A stretch of DNA of 64,000 nt, taken from IMG/VR virus record IMGVR_UViG_3300045993_000394, one strand, 5' to 3'. The notes below the pieces were generated by a model. That model saw nothing but the letters and a program-made list of their open reading frames with translations. It ran no database searches and had not been told where the DNA came from. This stretch comes from an uncultured virus (IMG/VR IMGVR_UViG_3300045993_000394) (lineage: Duplodnaviria; Heunggongvirae; Uroviricota; Caudoviricetes). A program made the translations under genes and the position numbers. Shown here in pieces: positions 10,945-20,495 of the stretch; within the stretch, counting starts at the first letter, position 1; each line of letters starts with the position of its first letter.

Positions 10945-11454
10945 ATGACAAAGCCAAAAGCTAAAAAACCAAAGAAACCAAAACAGCCACAAGTTCATGA
11001 GGAAGATATGTCACAGAAGATACCCGAATCGCAGCAATCTAGGCAGAACATTCAAACCATAGATGTAAGAGAAACACTGCGCATGGATGACTCTGTAGGT
11101 AAGCTGCTTGATAAACAGTTCCAGCCAGCCGCGATGTTACTCGGTGGTCTTATAACCGTAGTCGTTTTCGTTGCATCTGGTCTATTTTGGTTTGATGGTA
11201 CTATTAGAACTAAAGTGCATGATTCAATGCAGAACGAACTAACGCTTCTACATACCCGCGATGACGAAATCTCTCGTGGCGTAGGCGGACACGAAGAGCG
11301 CATTAAGAAGCTTGAAAGCCTAGTTGGCGACACGCAGCAGGTTCTTGCCGTAATGCGTCAGGTGCAAGAAGGCATGCGCGAAGACGTTAAAGATATTAAA
11401 GAGTTTATGCGGCGCAATGGTGCAAACACAAGAAGTAGGAACGGCGATAGATAA
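10945..11454 (+). CDS. Holin-like single-TM protein with C-terminal coiled coil
   Basis: One hydrophobic segment (AAMLLGGLITVVVFVASGLFWF) followed by heptads; second in-frame ATG at 11008 with GAGGA RBS. Confidence 0.45.
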   Translation: MTKPKAKKPKKPKQPQVHEEDMSQKIPESQQSRQNIQTIDVRETLRMDDSVGKLLDKQFQPAAMLLGGLITVVVFVASGLFWFDGTIRTKVHDSMQNELTLLHTRDDEISRGVGGHEERIKKLESLVGDTQQVLAVMRQVQEGMREDVKDIKEFMRRNGANTRSRNGDR

Positions 11455-11483
11455 TAGTAAATACCTTCCACACGGAAGAGAGC

Positions 11484-14400
11484 ATGTCACATACTTTAGC
11501 ACTGCCAGATATTGCTACTTTATCTCCGATAAACATATACAATAAGCTTATATCAAATGTAGTAAACGGTCCGTTCTACGCTAAAGACAACAATGTACTT
11601 CCGTACTCAGATTCGCCAACCAATTTTACGTTGTCGTCGCCAGAACTATTATCAAGTAACACGTTTAATATAATTTTGAATGATGTTGTGGTTCCGGTGT
11701 TGCTGCCGTCTGGTGCAAAAAGAACAAACATAACCAGTGCAACAAATCCGGTTATTATAGGCATTGACTTACCGCTTGGTGAATCAAAGATAGCAATAGT
11801 AAACACGAACACAAATTCATCTATTACTATATACGTAATCACTAAGAATTGGGCGACGTTACTCGCTGGTCTTGCCAAACCAATTCAAAATATAGAATCC
11901 AACATCACCGAGCTTAGTCTCAATAGAGACATCAATACAGTAGTTGACACTACCGCAGCCGATGCTATTTGGGGCAAAAGACTTAGAAACAATAACGCAC
12001 TAACGCATTCAACCGAAGCATACAGAGAATTGCTTCAGACGTTACGGCAGGCTTACCGTGTTTATGGCGGCAAGATGTCAGGTCTTATGCAGGTTGTTGG
12101 GGCGTTTACGCACGTAAATCCGCTTGTTGTAGAACGCAAGTTTGGCCCAACTTGGTTCCTTGGCAACCAATTCATAAATAACTCAAGCTTGCTGAACTAC
12201 ACTAAATCCGTATCTGGGTTTACTTTAAGCAACAGCGTACAAGGCAGCATTGATGTTACCAATTCAAATTTTGGTAGCATGCCAGCAACACAATATGCCA
12301 TATCTATAAATGGCATTACTGGCCTTGCCACTATAAAGACAAGTTCAGACAATGGAGCAACACTAACACTGTCTGGGTTCGTGGATCCTACAAACACAAG
12401 CAGTCAGAAAGTGCATTTTAATGCAAGCTCTATGGCTACAGTACAACCATATATGCTTAGCAAAGCAAGCAACGGATCAAATCAGTTCATGTTTCCGTCT
12501 TCTGGCGTGTTGACTATTGGCCTAACTGGAGTATGTACGACGTCCACGTATGGTCTAAATAGCGTACCTGGGTCATCAACAATCTGTATTCAACTATCTG
12601 GTGCACAAGCAATAACCGATGTTGTTGCAGCAATAAACAACGCAATAAGTTCTACCACTTATGGCGTTCCAACGGTAGCTTCTATATCTGGCAATAGAGT
12701 AAAACTCACTGGCGCGCTTACAGTTTACGACGCATCAATCTTTGGTTATACAGACGCTGGTGCTACGTTATTCAGCCCAGCTGGTGGCGGCAGCTATTAT
12801 CCTTATTCAACGTCGCCTGTAACAATAGATAAGGATATAGATTTAGTACTGAACGTAACAAACACAGCGCTTACATATACCGGTTCATTTACACTGGTGT
12901 CTCAGTCGTTGCCGTCTAATTGGTATACAGACACGTCTGGTGCAACAACAACAAAAGAACTGTATGGCTGGTTTACTAATTCTGTCACAACCGTCTCATT
13001 CGACAACACGCAACCAACCATCTTTACTAAACTAAAATCCAATACGTGGAACTACGCATTTTATGATTTAAAGCTTACTGTTTGGATAAGCAGTCATCCA
13101 GACAACGGCTCAACAACCGAATCGGTTGATCTAATTGTGTCGTTCGATGGTGCTACATGGCTACCGACAACCGGTAACACGTTTAACGTAAGTGACACGA
13201 ACGAACCGGTAGCTTGTTCAATTACTGTAACAATACCACAAAAAGCAAATGCCGCAAACGACATACGATTTGGTATTAAGCCACATATAGCTACTGCATT
13301 TAAAATAAAAGTACACAAAACGTCGGCACTTGTTGATGTACATAATGGATTAGTTCTTGGCGCGGGGTCAGTTCCACGTGGAGAGCATCGCTCAAAACGC
13401 GGCTATGAAGCGTTTATTTGGGGACCAGAGATGTTGTCTGCAAACCAAAAGAAACTGCTTGGCGTATATGACCCAATAACAAACATAGCTCAAGATCCAA
13501 GCACTGTATCTAAACGATTTCAAGGCCATATAGATACGGTAGCTTCTGCGTCATCCTATATAGACAGATTTGAAGTAAACAAGCTTGATGTATCTAATGC
13601 GCCAAAATCTAAAAATGTAGTCGGTGATTTTACAACGACAGATTTTGCTAATGGTATTCTTACAAACATGCAAGTTGTAAATAGACTACCAAGTTCAAAC
13701 CCAGGCATAAACGTTTATTCTTCTTATCTGCAGCCAACTATGTCTTCACAGGTTCGTGATGAAGTTGTGGTTCCAGTATCAAATGTTATTACTACTGCCA
13801 ATAAATTTTATGTATCAAGCACAACGCCACTGAATGTACTTGAAGACGGAGTTCCTGTTCCAAGCGACAAATTTATCATTAGTGGCACTAACACGATTAC
13901 GTTTAGTGGATTTACACCAGACACAACTAAAGCTTACACGGTAAGCTATACTGCGTTGATACAGTACGAAACAGGTATAAAGACATCTTTTGATCCTACC
14001 GACTATGTTTGTTATGCCGATGCGTTTCACATCATAGAAAACGACTTCAATACAGGCATGGCCAACGTAGATCAGATCATAAACTTTAATGCAAACAACA
14101 TCGCAATACTGCCTGAGATATCAAACCAGATCGTTGCAACATCTACTTTGATGATGGACGACACATTTAGAATAACTAAAATACTTAATAATGGTTGGTC
14201 TTACGTAAACAGTAGTTCAATAAGAATAAGTTCTGCGTATTTCAACTCAAATAATGTTTATGTGTTTAAGTACAAGTCTATTACGCAGCACCCAGGCAGA
14301 AGAGCGAATTACATCCTAGAATTTAAGACAGCAGTTGATTCCGGTGCGCTTACTTCAGCTACGTGGCAACAAGTAAACATAAATACACCAGTAGCGTTGA

Positions 14401-14549
14401 ATTCCGTATTCAAAATGCGCATGACATATACTGGTCTAACAGCATTCGATGATGTTAAATTGTATAGTTTGCTAGTAAAAGGTCTGAACATAAGAGAACT
14501 GAACAACACTACTCCAATATTCAATCAGACCATAAACGTACCGGCCTAA
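11484..14549 (+). CDS. Baseplate wedge / fibre-attachment protein (gpI-like N-terminal motif)
   Basis: DAIWGKRL...TEAYRELLQTLRQAY..GG motif resembles P2 gpI-type proteins; beta-rich remainder. Confidence 0.55.
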   Translation: MSHTLALPDIATLSPINIYNKLISNVVNGPFYAKDNNVLPYSDSPTNFTLSSPELLSSNTFNIILNDVVVPVLLPSGAKRTNITSATNPVIIGIDLPLGESKIAIVNTNTNSSITIYVITKNWATLLAGLAKPIQNIESNITELSLNRDINTVVDTTAADAIWGKRLRNNNALTHSTEAYRELLQTLRQAYRVYGGKMSGLMQVVGAFTHVNPLVVERKFGPTWFLGNQFINNSSLLNYTKSVSGFTLSNSVQGSIDVTNSNFGSMPATQYAISINGITGLATIKTSSDNGATLTLSGFVDPTNTSSQKVHFNASSMATVQPYMLSKASNGSNQFMFPSSGVLTIGLTGVCTTSTYGLNSVPGSSTICIQLSGAQAITDVVAAINNAISSTTYGVPTVASISGNRVKLTGALTVYDASIFGYTDAGATLFSPAGGGSYYPYSTSPVTIDKDIDLVLNVTNTALTYTGSFTLVSQSLPSNWYTDTSGATTTKELYGWFTNSVTTVSFDNTQPTIFTKLKSNTWNYAFYDLKLTVWISSHPDNGSTTESVDLIVSFDGATWLPTTGNTFNVSDTNEPVACSITVTIPQKANAANDIRFGIKPHIATAFKIKVHKTSALVDVHNGLVLGAGSVPRGEHRSKRGYEAFIWGPEMLSANQKKLLGVYDPITNIAQDPSTVSKRFQGHIDTVASASSYIDRFEVNKLDVSNAPKSKNVVGDFTTTDFANGILTNMQVVNRLPSSNPGINVYSSYLQPTMSSQVRDEVVVPVSNVITTANKFYVSSTTPLNVLEDGVPVPSDKFIISGTNTITFSGFTPDTTKAYTVSYTALIQYETGIKTSFDPTDYVCYADAFHIIENDFNTGMANVDQIINFNANNIAILPEISNQIVATSTLMMDDTFRITKILNNGWSYVNSSSIRISSAYFNSNNVYVFKYKSITQHPGRRANYILEFKTAVDSGALTSATWQQVNINTPVALNSVFKMRMTYTGLTAFDDVKLYSLLVKGLNIRELNNTTPIFNQTINVPA

Positions 14550-14569
14550 CGAAAGTGTAGGGTATCTAT

Positions 14570-17500
14570 ATCAACCGCAGCCTATGGCCAGAAGGCGTCG
14601 AAGTACACAGCGTTGATCTTCAGCGCGATACGAACGAACGCATAAAATCAATAAATCAAAGACATACCGACACCAGCACCATGGGTGTTGTAGAAGGTCT
14701 TGTCGTAACAGTAAACGACATAAATACTGTAAATGTAACTTTTGGTTACGGATATGCACCAAATGGTGAGAAAGTAACGTTACTTGTCGGTAGGAACGTA
14801 GCTCCAGGTCCATCAAGCGATATAATTAATTACTATTATATTTGTCTAACATACACTGAACAGTTTACGAACCCAGAGCCGCACGAAGATCAGTCGAAAA
14901 CGTATTACACCGCAGTCAATGAAGATGTTCTTGGCTCAAGACTATCCGCAAAGACAGTTGCAGCTTACGACGCGCTGTCTGGTAGCAATTCAGACCTTAC
15001 GCTTGACGCTAAAGACAGAACATTGATTCTGGCTGTCTGCAAGCGTGAAAGTAGCACAATAAAGATATACAGTCCGCCGCAATTCAACGCTCTCTTAAAG
15101 AGTGTCACTCAGCCAAGCAACATGACGGGCATTGTTGTAAACAGCATTAGCCCAAATACGCCGTGTGGCACTGGTACACTAAAATTAACTTACACCGACA
15201 ATAAGCCATATGCATCATGGAAAGCATATGGAGATAGTTTTGGCGCATCTGTTGAATTGCAAATAGACAAAGAAAGTAAAGATATACCGTCCAGTGGCGG
15301 CACTTTTATAAACATCACACCGATGTTTAAAGATCTACCGGACACAGATACATCAAGCGATATAAATATACAGTATCTTTACGAAGCTGAACAGTCGTCT
15401 TACTTACCACACGCGTATAATGCACAACTAAAGGCGTTTACTGCTGTTGATGAGCATCATAGAAACTTGATCGGCTCTGGCCAACCGTCGATCAATAACC
15501 CGCATGGCCTGTCTTGGAAAGACATTGCAGATTTTGACGCTAACGTAATAGCGCAAGACAATAACGTTGTGTTTAACTCAACAGGTATAGCAAAGAATAG
15601 CCTTCCGCCTACAAGTCGTGACGATCTTAAGATAACGTTTATAACCAATGACGGCGTATCGCCGTCAACATTTACGGTAACAGATTTTACCGCAACAACA
15701 AACACAAATATAACCGACCTTAATCTAGCTGTTATAAACGGCATTCAGGTAAATAAACTAACTAATGCAACAGCGCAAACGTTTTATGAAACGGCAACAG
15801 ACACATACGGTTTATATGGAGTTTATGTAACCGACATTGGAACCATAGTAAAGAAACTGCGCTGTGATTTTAGTTACGCCAACAACGTTAAACTTGTAGA
15901 TATATCAGATAACTGGCAGCCAGCTGTAAATGAAACAATTGCGTTTAGTTTTATTAAATCTGGTACTGCTGCAACAATACAAGTAGGTAATGGCCCTGTA
16001 GTTGCTGTAAACTATTCTACAGATAACGTAATGACAGTATATGCAGACGCAAACAGATGGGTTAAATTTTACATAGATTCAATGGCAATTAGTGGATTAC
16101 CAAATACTACTTCATCTGGATTCAATATAGTCGTTTATCCAGTGGCTCCATCCAGTAAATTCTTACTATCTGGATATGTTCATTTTACTGGCGGCAGTGC
16201 CACAGGCAAGCTTGGATATGGTAATCCAGCTACATATGTAGACAAGCGCACTTTCGGTACTCTTACAGCAGATAAGCTTGCAGATTCTGCTATAAACGCG
16301 CTTTCTGCAACGCCATTTAGCGAATACTTCGTAAACCATATTGTCCGTGGATTTGACTATGCGCAATCTGCTTTAAACTTTACGTTGTATCCTGGTCTGG
16401 CATATGTAGCAGGCAACAGATATGAAGTATTATCTTCATCAACGTTGACTGTTCCTCCTAGCACGACTAGCTATATTTATTTAGTAAGTCTTACTCCATA
16501 TACATATAGTTTTGTTGCCACGCAGACTATAGTAAATGACCCAACTTATCTACAATTATATACTGTATCAAGTACAGACATTAGCATTACTGTTTTAGGT
16601 AAAACTGCTAAAGTTATCACTGGCGTTGGTGGTGATTATTCGCTTACTGTTGATGTAAACGGCAATGGCAATTTTACTACAATAAAAGACGCACTAAGAT
16701 TCATTACCAATGATCGAACAGCAAGAAGTATATCTACTTCACAAAAATATACAATAACACTTAAGCAAGGCACATATGCTATAAGCGATGGAACTGTTAT
16801 TGATAGTAGTGTTGCTTTTATAGGTGAATCTGCGTCAATACAGATGGGCACTGGTATTTCAATAGCAATAAACATTACATCTAATGGTGTGTCATTTAAG
16901 AATGTTACGTTTACATCTGGCACAACTGCGCTTACAAACTATATATCAACAGCATACGACACCAGTTTTGTTGATTGTACCTTTTATTGGTGTCAAGTGC
17001 AGATAGTGCGCACTGGTGTACTTTATGTATTGCCATTAAACATAGTTGGCTGTTCGTTTAACCACTCAGTAGTGAACACGAACCTCACAACAACAGGTAC
17101 TCTTAACATAGACAGATGTTCGTTTGATGCTTCTTATATAACCGGGAATTTACTCAGCGTAAATATAGCAAATTGCCTAATCTCAAATATATCTAAATTT
17201 ATACTTGCAGATATTTCGACATATACAACATCAAATTTACGTATGTATGCATGCACGTTTACTAATTCAAGTGCACTTTTCATTAAGCGCTCCATGATTT
17301 CGTCATCGAATATAGCTATATCTGCGTGTTCGTTCAACGGCACACATGGATCAGATCCATTATTTGCCATAAATAACTGTTCTGCAATAAACATATCAAA
17401 CAACACTTTTATTGGAACGAACGCAATACTTGATTTATCACTGTCAGACACGTTTGAAACAAGCGTTTTTGATATAAGTGGACTTACGTTCTCTAAAAAC

Positions 17501-19462
17501 ACAGTAAGTGAAGTTATAGGCAACATAATAAGCAATAGCGGCTCAATTACTGTGCTACGACTATCTAACTTATCTGTGTGTTCCAACGAAATAACATTTG
17601 GCAACACAGCGTCAAAGTTTATTGATCTAACGTGCGATAAACTTACTTCTGTTAATGTGTCAAACAATTCGTTAATGTCAGCAGCAACTGCATCATATCT
17701 TATATCGCTAGCTACGCATAAAGTATCAAGTGACTATGGTATAAACAGTGTGTCTATTTCAAACAATACTGTATCATTTGTTGCCAACAGCAATAATCAA
17801 TCGGGTGGTTTTGCTATCACTAGTGATATAGATTCTGTAGTTTGGCCTGTACAAATACGCACTGTAAATATAAATGGAAATACTTTAAACGATTGTAGAC
17901 CTATTTCTTCGTTAATATCTATTGCAGGATCTAACTGCAACGTTTCTTCAAACACCATTTCTATAGCAAGTGACGCAAATTCAAGCACAACTTCGTGTAT
18001 CGATTTCAACGCTGTTGTAAACGGTGCAGCATCAAACAACAACATAGTAAGTTATGCATCGTGTAATATTAATGGCATATTTTTACACGATGCGGCGATT
18101 AATCCACAAAACTTTACAACAACAAATTGTTCAGCTGTTGGGAACAACATATCGAGCGTTGGTGGCTCTGCCATAAGAGTATTGTCTGGTGGGACAATTA
18201 CTTCTATAAAAATAGATTCAAACAACTGTGAAGACTGTGGCGCAAACATTGTGGCCAGTACCGGCAACGGTATTATATCTGTATTTGGTAAACTGTCGAT
18301 GATTGACGTTTCAAACAATAACGTTCACATTACAAAACGCATAACAGGTTCTGCTAACAGCACAAGCATAGGCTTTATTTACATAAATGGTTCGGCAACA
18401 TCAATGGCAGACGGTACATTAAACATATCGAACAATGCTATATCAAACGCAGATTTAAATTCATTAACAGCATTTGGAAATAACGATCTTAAATGGAACG
18501 GCATTAAATTAGTAGATATAGGTTCTGCTGGCGTCACCAGCAATTCAGCCAGAATAGCTAATAATATGGTAAGTCTGCAAAATAAAGACAACGATGACGT
18601 ATCACCAAATAACGTGCACGGAATATATCTAAGTACTGGCGCAAATGGCTTCAACATAGTAAATAACATTGTGTCTAGTATAAATATACCATTATATGTC
18701 ACAACGACTGACGGTTCACAAGTATACAACGCAACAATATCTGGTAACGTAATAAACTCATATTCAAGCCATGTACAGGCTGTCGCTATAGACACAAACA
18801 GCCAAGCAAGATTTGTTGGTCTTGAATTCACAAAAAATAAAATCACACGTACACTAACTGTTAATGATAAACCACTAGTTGATATAAATACAACTGTTGT
18901 AACTGGTATATTTACAAATAATGTATTTTATATAAAAACCGACAGCAACGCATATACATCAAGTATATTGAAGTTTTATCATATAGACGCCGGTTGCGTC
19001 GTTGACAATGTTTTTACTAGGCCGCATGGATTTCCAGGCGTTGATTATAAGCCGAATGATAATACAGTTGTTGACTCTATAACAAATTTCATAAGCACAT
19101 CTGGTTTTGCGTCTAGTGCCGGTGACAGTACTGCTAATCCAATATTAAAAATAATGCATCCAGGCACACATTGCACATCGTCGTTACTTAGTAACTTCGG
19201 TGTAGCACTAGATCGTGTGCAAACAAATAATCAACAAAATGCAAAAATAGCAAGCGGAAATCAAGGCCTTAATGTAAACGATTACGACCACAAGGCTGCG
19301 TTGTACGCAAACGCAACTGTTGTGCGTGCACAAGGTGGTTCAGCCGACACATCAATATACCTTGGTACGTTATCATATGGCGGCGCTGGTGTTTATCCAG
19401 ATGCGTTTACTCAATCATTGTTTCTATTTCGTAACGTAATTACAGACAACATTGCAGGATAG
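14570..19462 (+). CDS. Tail fibre / tailspike with long right-handed beta-helix (putative depolymerase)
   Basis: H...NNPHG fibre motif, VDVNGNGNFTTIKDAL pectin-lyase-like cap, and Asn/Ser/Ile-rich xSNNx repeats; frame is open about 40 codons upstream of ATG 14681. Confidence 0.75.
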   Translation: MNRSLWPEGVEVHSVDLQRDTNERIKSINQRHTDTSTMGVVEGLVVTVNDINTVNVTFGYGYAPNGEKVTLLVGRNVAPGPSSDIINYYYICLTYTEQFTNPEPHEDQSKTYYTAVNEDVLGSRLSAKTVAAYDALSGSNSDLTLDAKDRTLILAVCKRESSTIKIYSPPQFNALLKSVTQPSNMTGIVVNSISPNTPCGTGTLKLTYTDNKPYASWKAYGDSFGASVELQIDKESKDIPSSGGTFINITPMFKDLPDTDTSSDINIQYLYEAEQSSYLPHAYNAQLKAFTAVDEHHRNLIGSGQPSINNPHGLSWKDIADFDANVIAQDNNVVFNSTGIAKNSLPPTSRDDLKITFITNDGVSPSTFTVTDFTATTNTNITDLNLAVINGIQVNKLTNATAQTFYETATDTYGLYGVYVTDIGTIVKKLRCDFSYANNVKLVDISDNWQPAVNETIAFSFIKSGTAATIQVGNGPVVAVNYSTDNVMTVYADANRWVKFYIDSMAISGLPNTTSSGFNIVVYPVAPSSKFLLSGYVHFTGGSATGKLGYGNPATYVDKRTFGTLTADKLADSAINALSATPFSEYFVNHIVRGFDYAQSALNFTLYPGLAYVAGNRYEVLSSSTLTVPPSTTSYIYLVSLTPYTYSFVATQTIVNDPTYLQLYTVSSTDISITVLGKTAKVITGVGGDYSLTVDVNGNGNFTTIKDALRFITNDRTARSISTSQKYTITLKQGTYAISDGTVIDSSVAFIGESASIQMGTGISIAINITSNGVSFKNVTFTSGTTALTNYISTAYDTSFVDCTFYWCQVQIVRTGVLYVLPLNIVGCSFNHSVVNTNLTTTGTLNIDRCSFDASYITGNLLSVNIANCLISNISKFILADISTYTTSNLRMYACTFTNSSALFIKRSMISSSNIAISACSFNGTHGSDPLFAINNCSAINISNNTFIGTNAILDLSLSDTFETSVFDISGLTFSKNTVSEVIGNIISNSGSITVLRLSNLSVCSNEITFGNTASKFIDLTCDKLTSVNVSNNSLMSAATASYLISLATHKVSSDYGINSVSISNNTVSFVANSNNQSGGFAITSDIDSVVWPVQIRTVNINGNTLNDCRPISSLISIAGSNCNVSSNTISIASDANSSTTSCIDFNAVVNGAASNNNIVSYASCNINGIFLHDAAINPQNFTTTNCSAVGNNISSVGGSAIRVLSGGTITSIKIDSNNCEDCGANIVASTGNGIISVFGKLSMIDVSNNNVHITKRITGSANSTSIGFIYINGSATSMADGTLNISNNAISNADLNSLTAFGNNDLKWNGIKLVDIGSAGVTSNSARIANNMVSLQNKDNDDVSPNNVHGIYLSTGANGFNIVNNIVSSINIPLYVTTTDGSQVYNATISGNVINSYSSHVQAVAIDTNSQARFVGLEFTKNKITRTLTVNDKPLVDINTTVVTGIFTNNVFYIKTDSNAYTSSILKFYHIDAGCVVDNVFTRPHGFPGVDYKPNDNTVVDSITNFISTSGFASSAGDSTANPILKIMHPGTHCTSSLLSNFGVALDRVQTNNQQNAKIASGNQGLNVNDYDHKAALYANATVVRAQGGSADTSIYLGTLSYGGAGVYPDAFTQSLFLFRNVITDNIAG

Positions 19463-19470
19463 GAGATCAC

Positions 19471-20151
19471 ATGCCAGAATTTGACCATCATCGTCGGCCA
19501 GTAGCTCAATCAAACTTCACTGTTGGTCGTGGCGGTCGCGCCATCGACACAATAATTATACATACACAGCAGGGAAGCGAACAGGGCACCGAAGCTTGGT
19601 TCGCAAATCCGGAGGCGCACGCATCTGCGCATTACGGCATTGGATTTGACGGTAAAGTTGCCGATTTTGTAGACGACGCCAACACCGCGTGGCATAGCGG
19701 GTCGGCAGAGTACAATAAGCGCTCTATTGGAATTGAACTCGAAGGCTTTTACGAGCGTGGCCGGTTTTTACCTGAAATGATGCAGTCTCTGATTACTCTA
19801 CTTGAGACGCTGATCGTCAGATACAACATTCCACGCGATCGTAAGCACATCATTGGGCACAACGAAGTGCCAGATCCTAAGCATCCAGGTCAGTTTGGTG
19901 GGCTTAATCACCACCAAGATCCAGGAATAGACTCTCGTAAGGGCGGTTTATTCCCTTGGGGACGAATTGAAGACGCTTGTAAATTGGTTGCTGACGTTAC
20001 TCAGTCAGCTGAACCGGTTGTTGCTGTGACTACGACTGCCACAGCTACCGAACCGGTTGTTTCAACTGAACCGACTACACAATCCGTAACAATAGAGTCA
20101 AAACCAATTCTGTTATCAAAAAAGCCTCAAGGTAAGAAAGGCCTCGTTTAA
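19471..20151 (+). CDS. Endolysin, N-acetylmuramoyl-L-alanine amidase (Amidase_2 family)
   Basis: IIIHT, ASAHY, AWHSG, SIGIELEG, IIGHNEV and DPG motifs; AGGAG RBS. Confidence 0.92.
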   Translation: MPEFDHHRRPVAQSNFTVGRGGRAIDTIIIHTQQGSEQGTEAWFANPEAHASAHYGIGFDGKVADFVDDANTAWHSGSAEYNKRSIGIELEGFYERGRFLPEMMQSLITLLETLIVRYNIPRDRKHIIGHNEVPDPKHPGQFGGLNHHQDPGIDSRKGGLFPWGRIEDACKLVADVTQSAEPVVAVTTTATATEPVVSTEPTTQSVTIESKPILLSKKPQGKKGLV

Positions 20152-20203
20152 GTGTCAGCATTTGTATTAGACACTTCTTGCCTGTCTCAGACATCATTTT
20201 ATT

Positions 20204-20235
20204 AGCGGCAAGTCGGCCTCTACCGACTTGCCGCT
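20204..20235. terminator. Perfect 13-bp GC-rich hairpin between the convergent structural and replication arms
   Basis: AGCGGCAAGTCGG-cctcta-CCGACTTGCCGCT; no U-tract on either strand. Confidence 0.55.
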
Positions 20236-20288
20236 GTGCCATGTGCATTCCGCAGTTTTCGGCTTTATCGCCTGGGCGTAGTTTGATC

Positions 20289-20495
20289 TTACCTACGCCA
20301 CGCTGAGGCGGCTGAGCGATCGATCCCAACTGCTGAAATTTGTCTAACTGCAGGTTGGTCGCAGTCCGCATGGCGTATACTCCCAGCTGATATTTCGCTC
20401 TCTGAAGCAAACGCCTCAAAGACATGCTCACACTTTGGGCACTTAAAGTCAAACAGCTTTTGGCTTGTTGACTGTGACATCGGCTTACGCGACAT
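20289..20495 (-). CDS. FmdB-family zinc-ribbon protein
   Basis: FDFKCPKCEHVFE...CDQPAVRQISA. Confidence 0.75.
   Translation of the reverse strand: MSRKPMSQSTSQKLFDFKCPKCEHVFEAFASESEISAGSIRHADCDQPAVRQISAVGIDRSAASAWRR

Noticed and set aside
14555..14560. TAG recoding (GTG-TAG in frame with the tail fibre)
   Set aside because: TAG ends several well-defined genes (for example 10909 and 19462) and long genes are intact under the standard code
20075..20452. 125-aa minus-strand ORF
   Set aside because: It overlaps both the FmdB-like gene and the endolysin and runs through the hairpin; likely spurious
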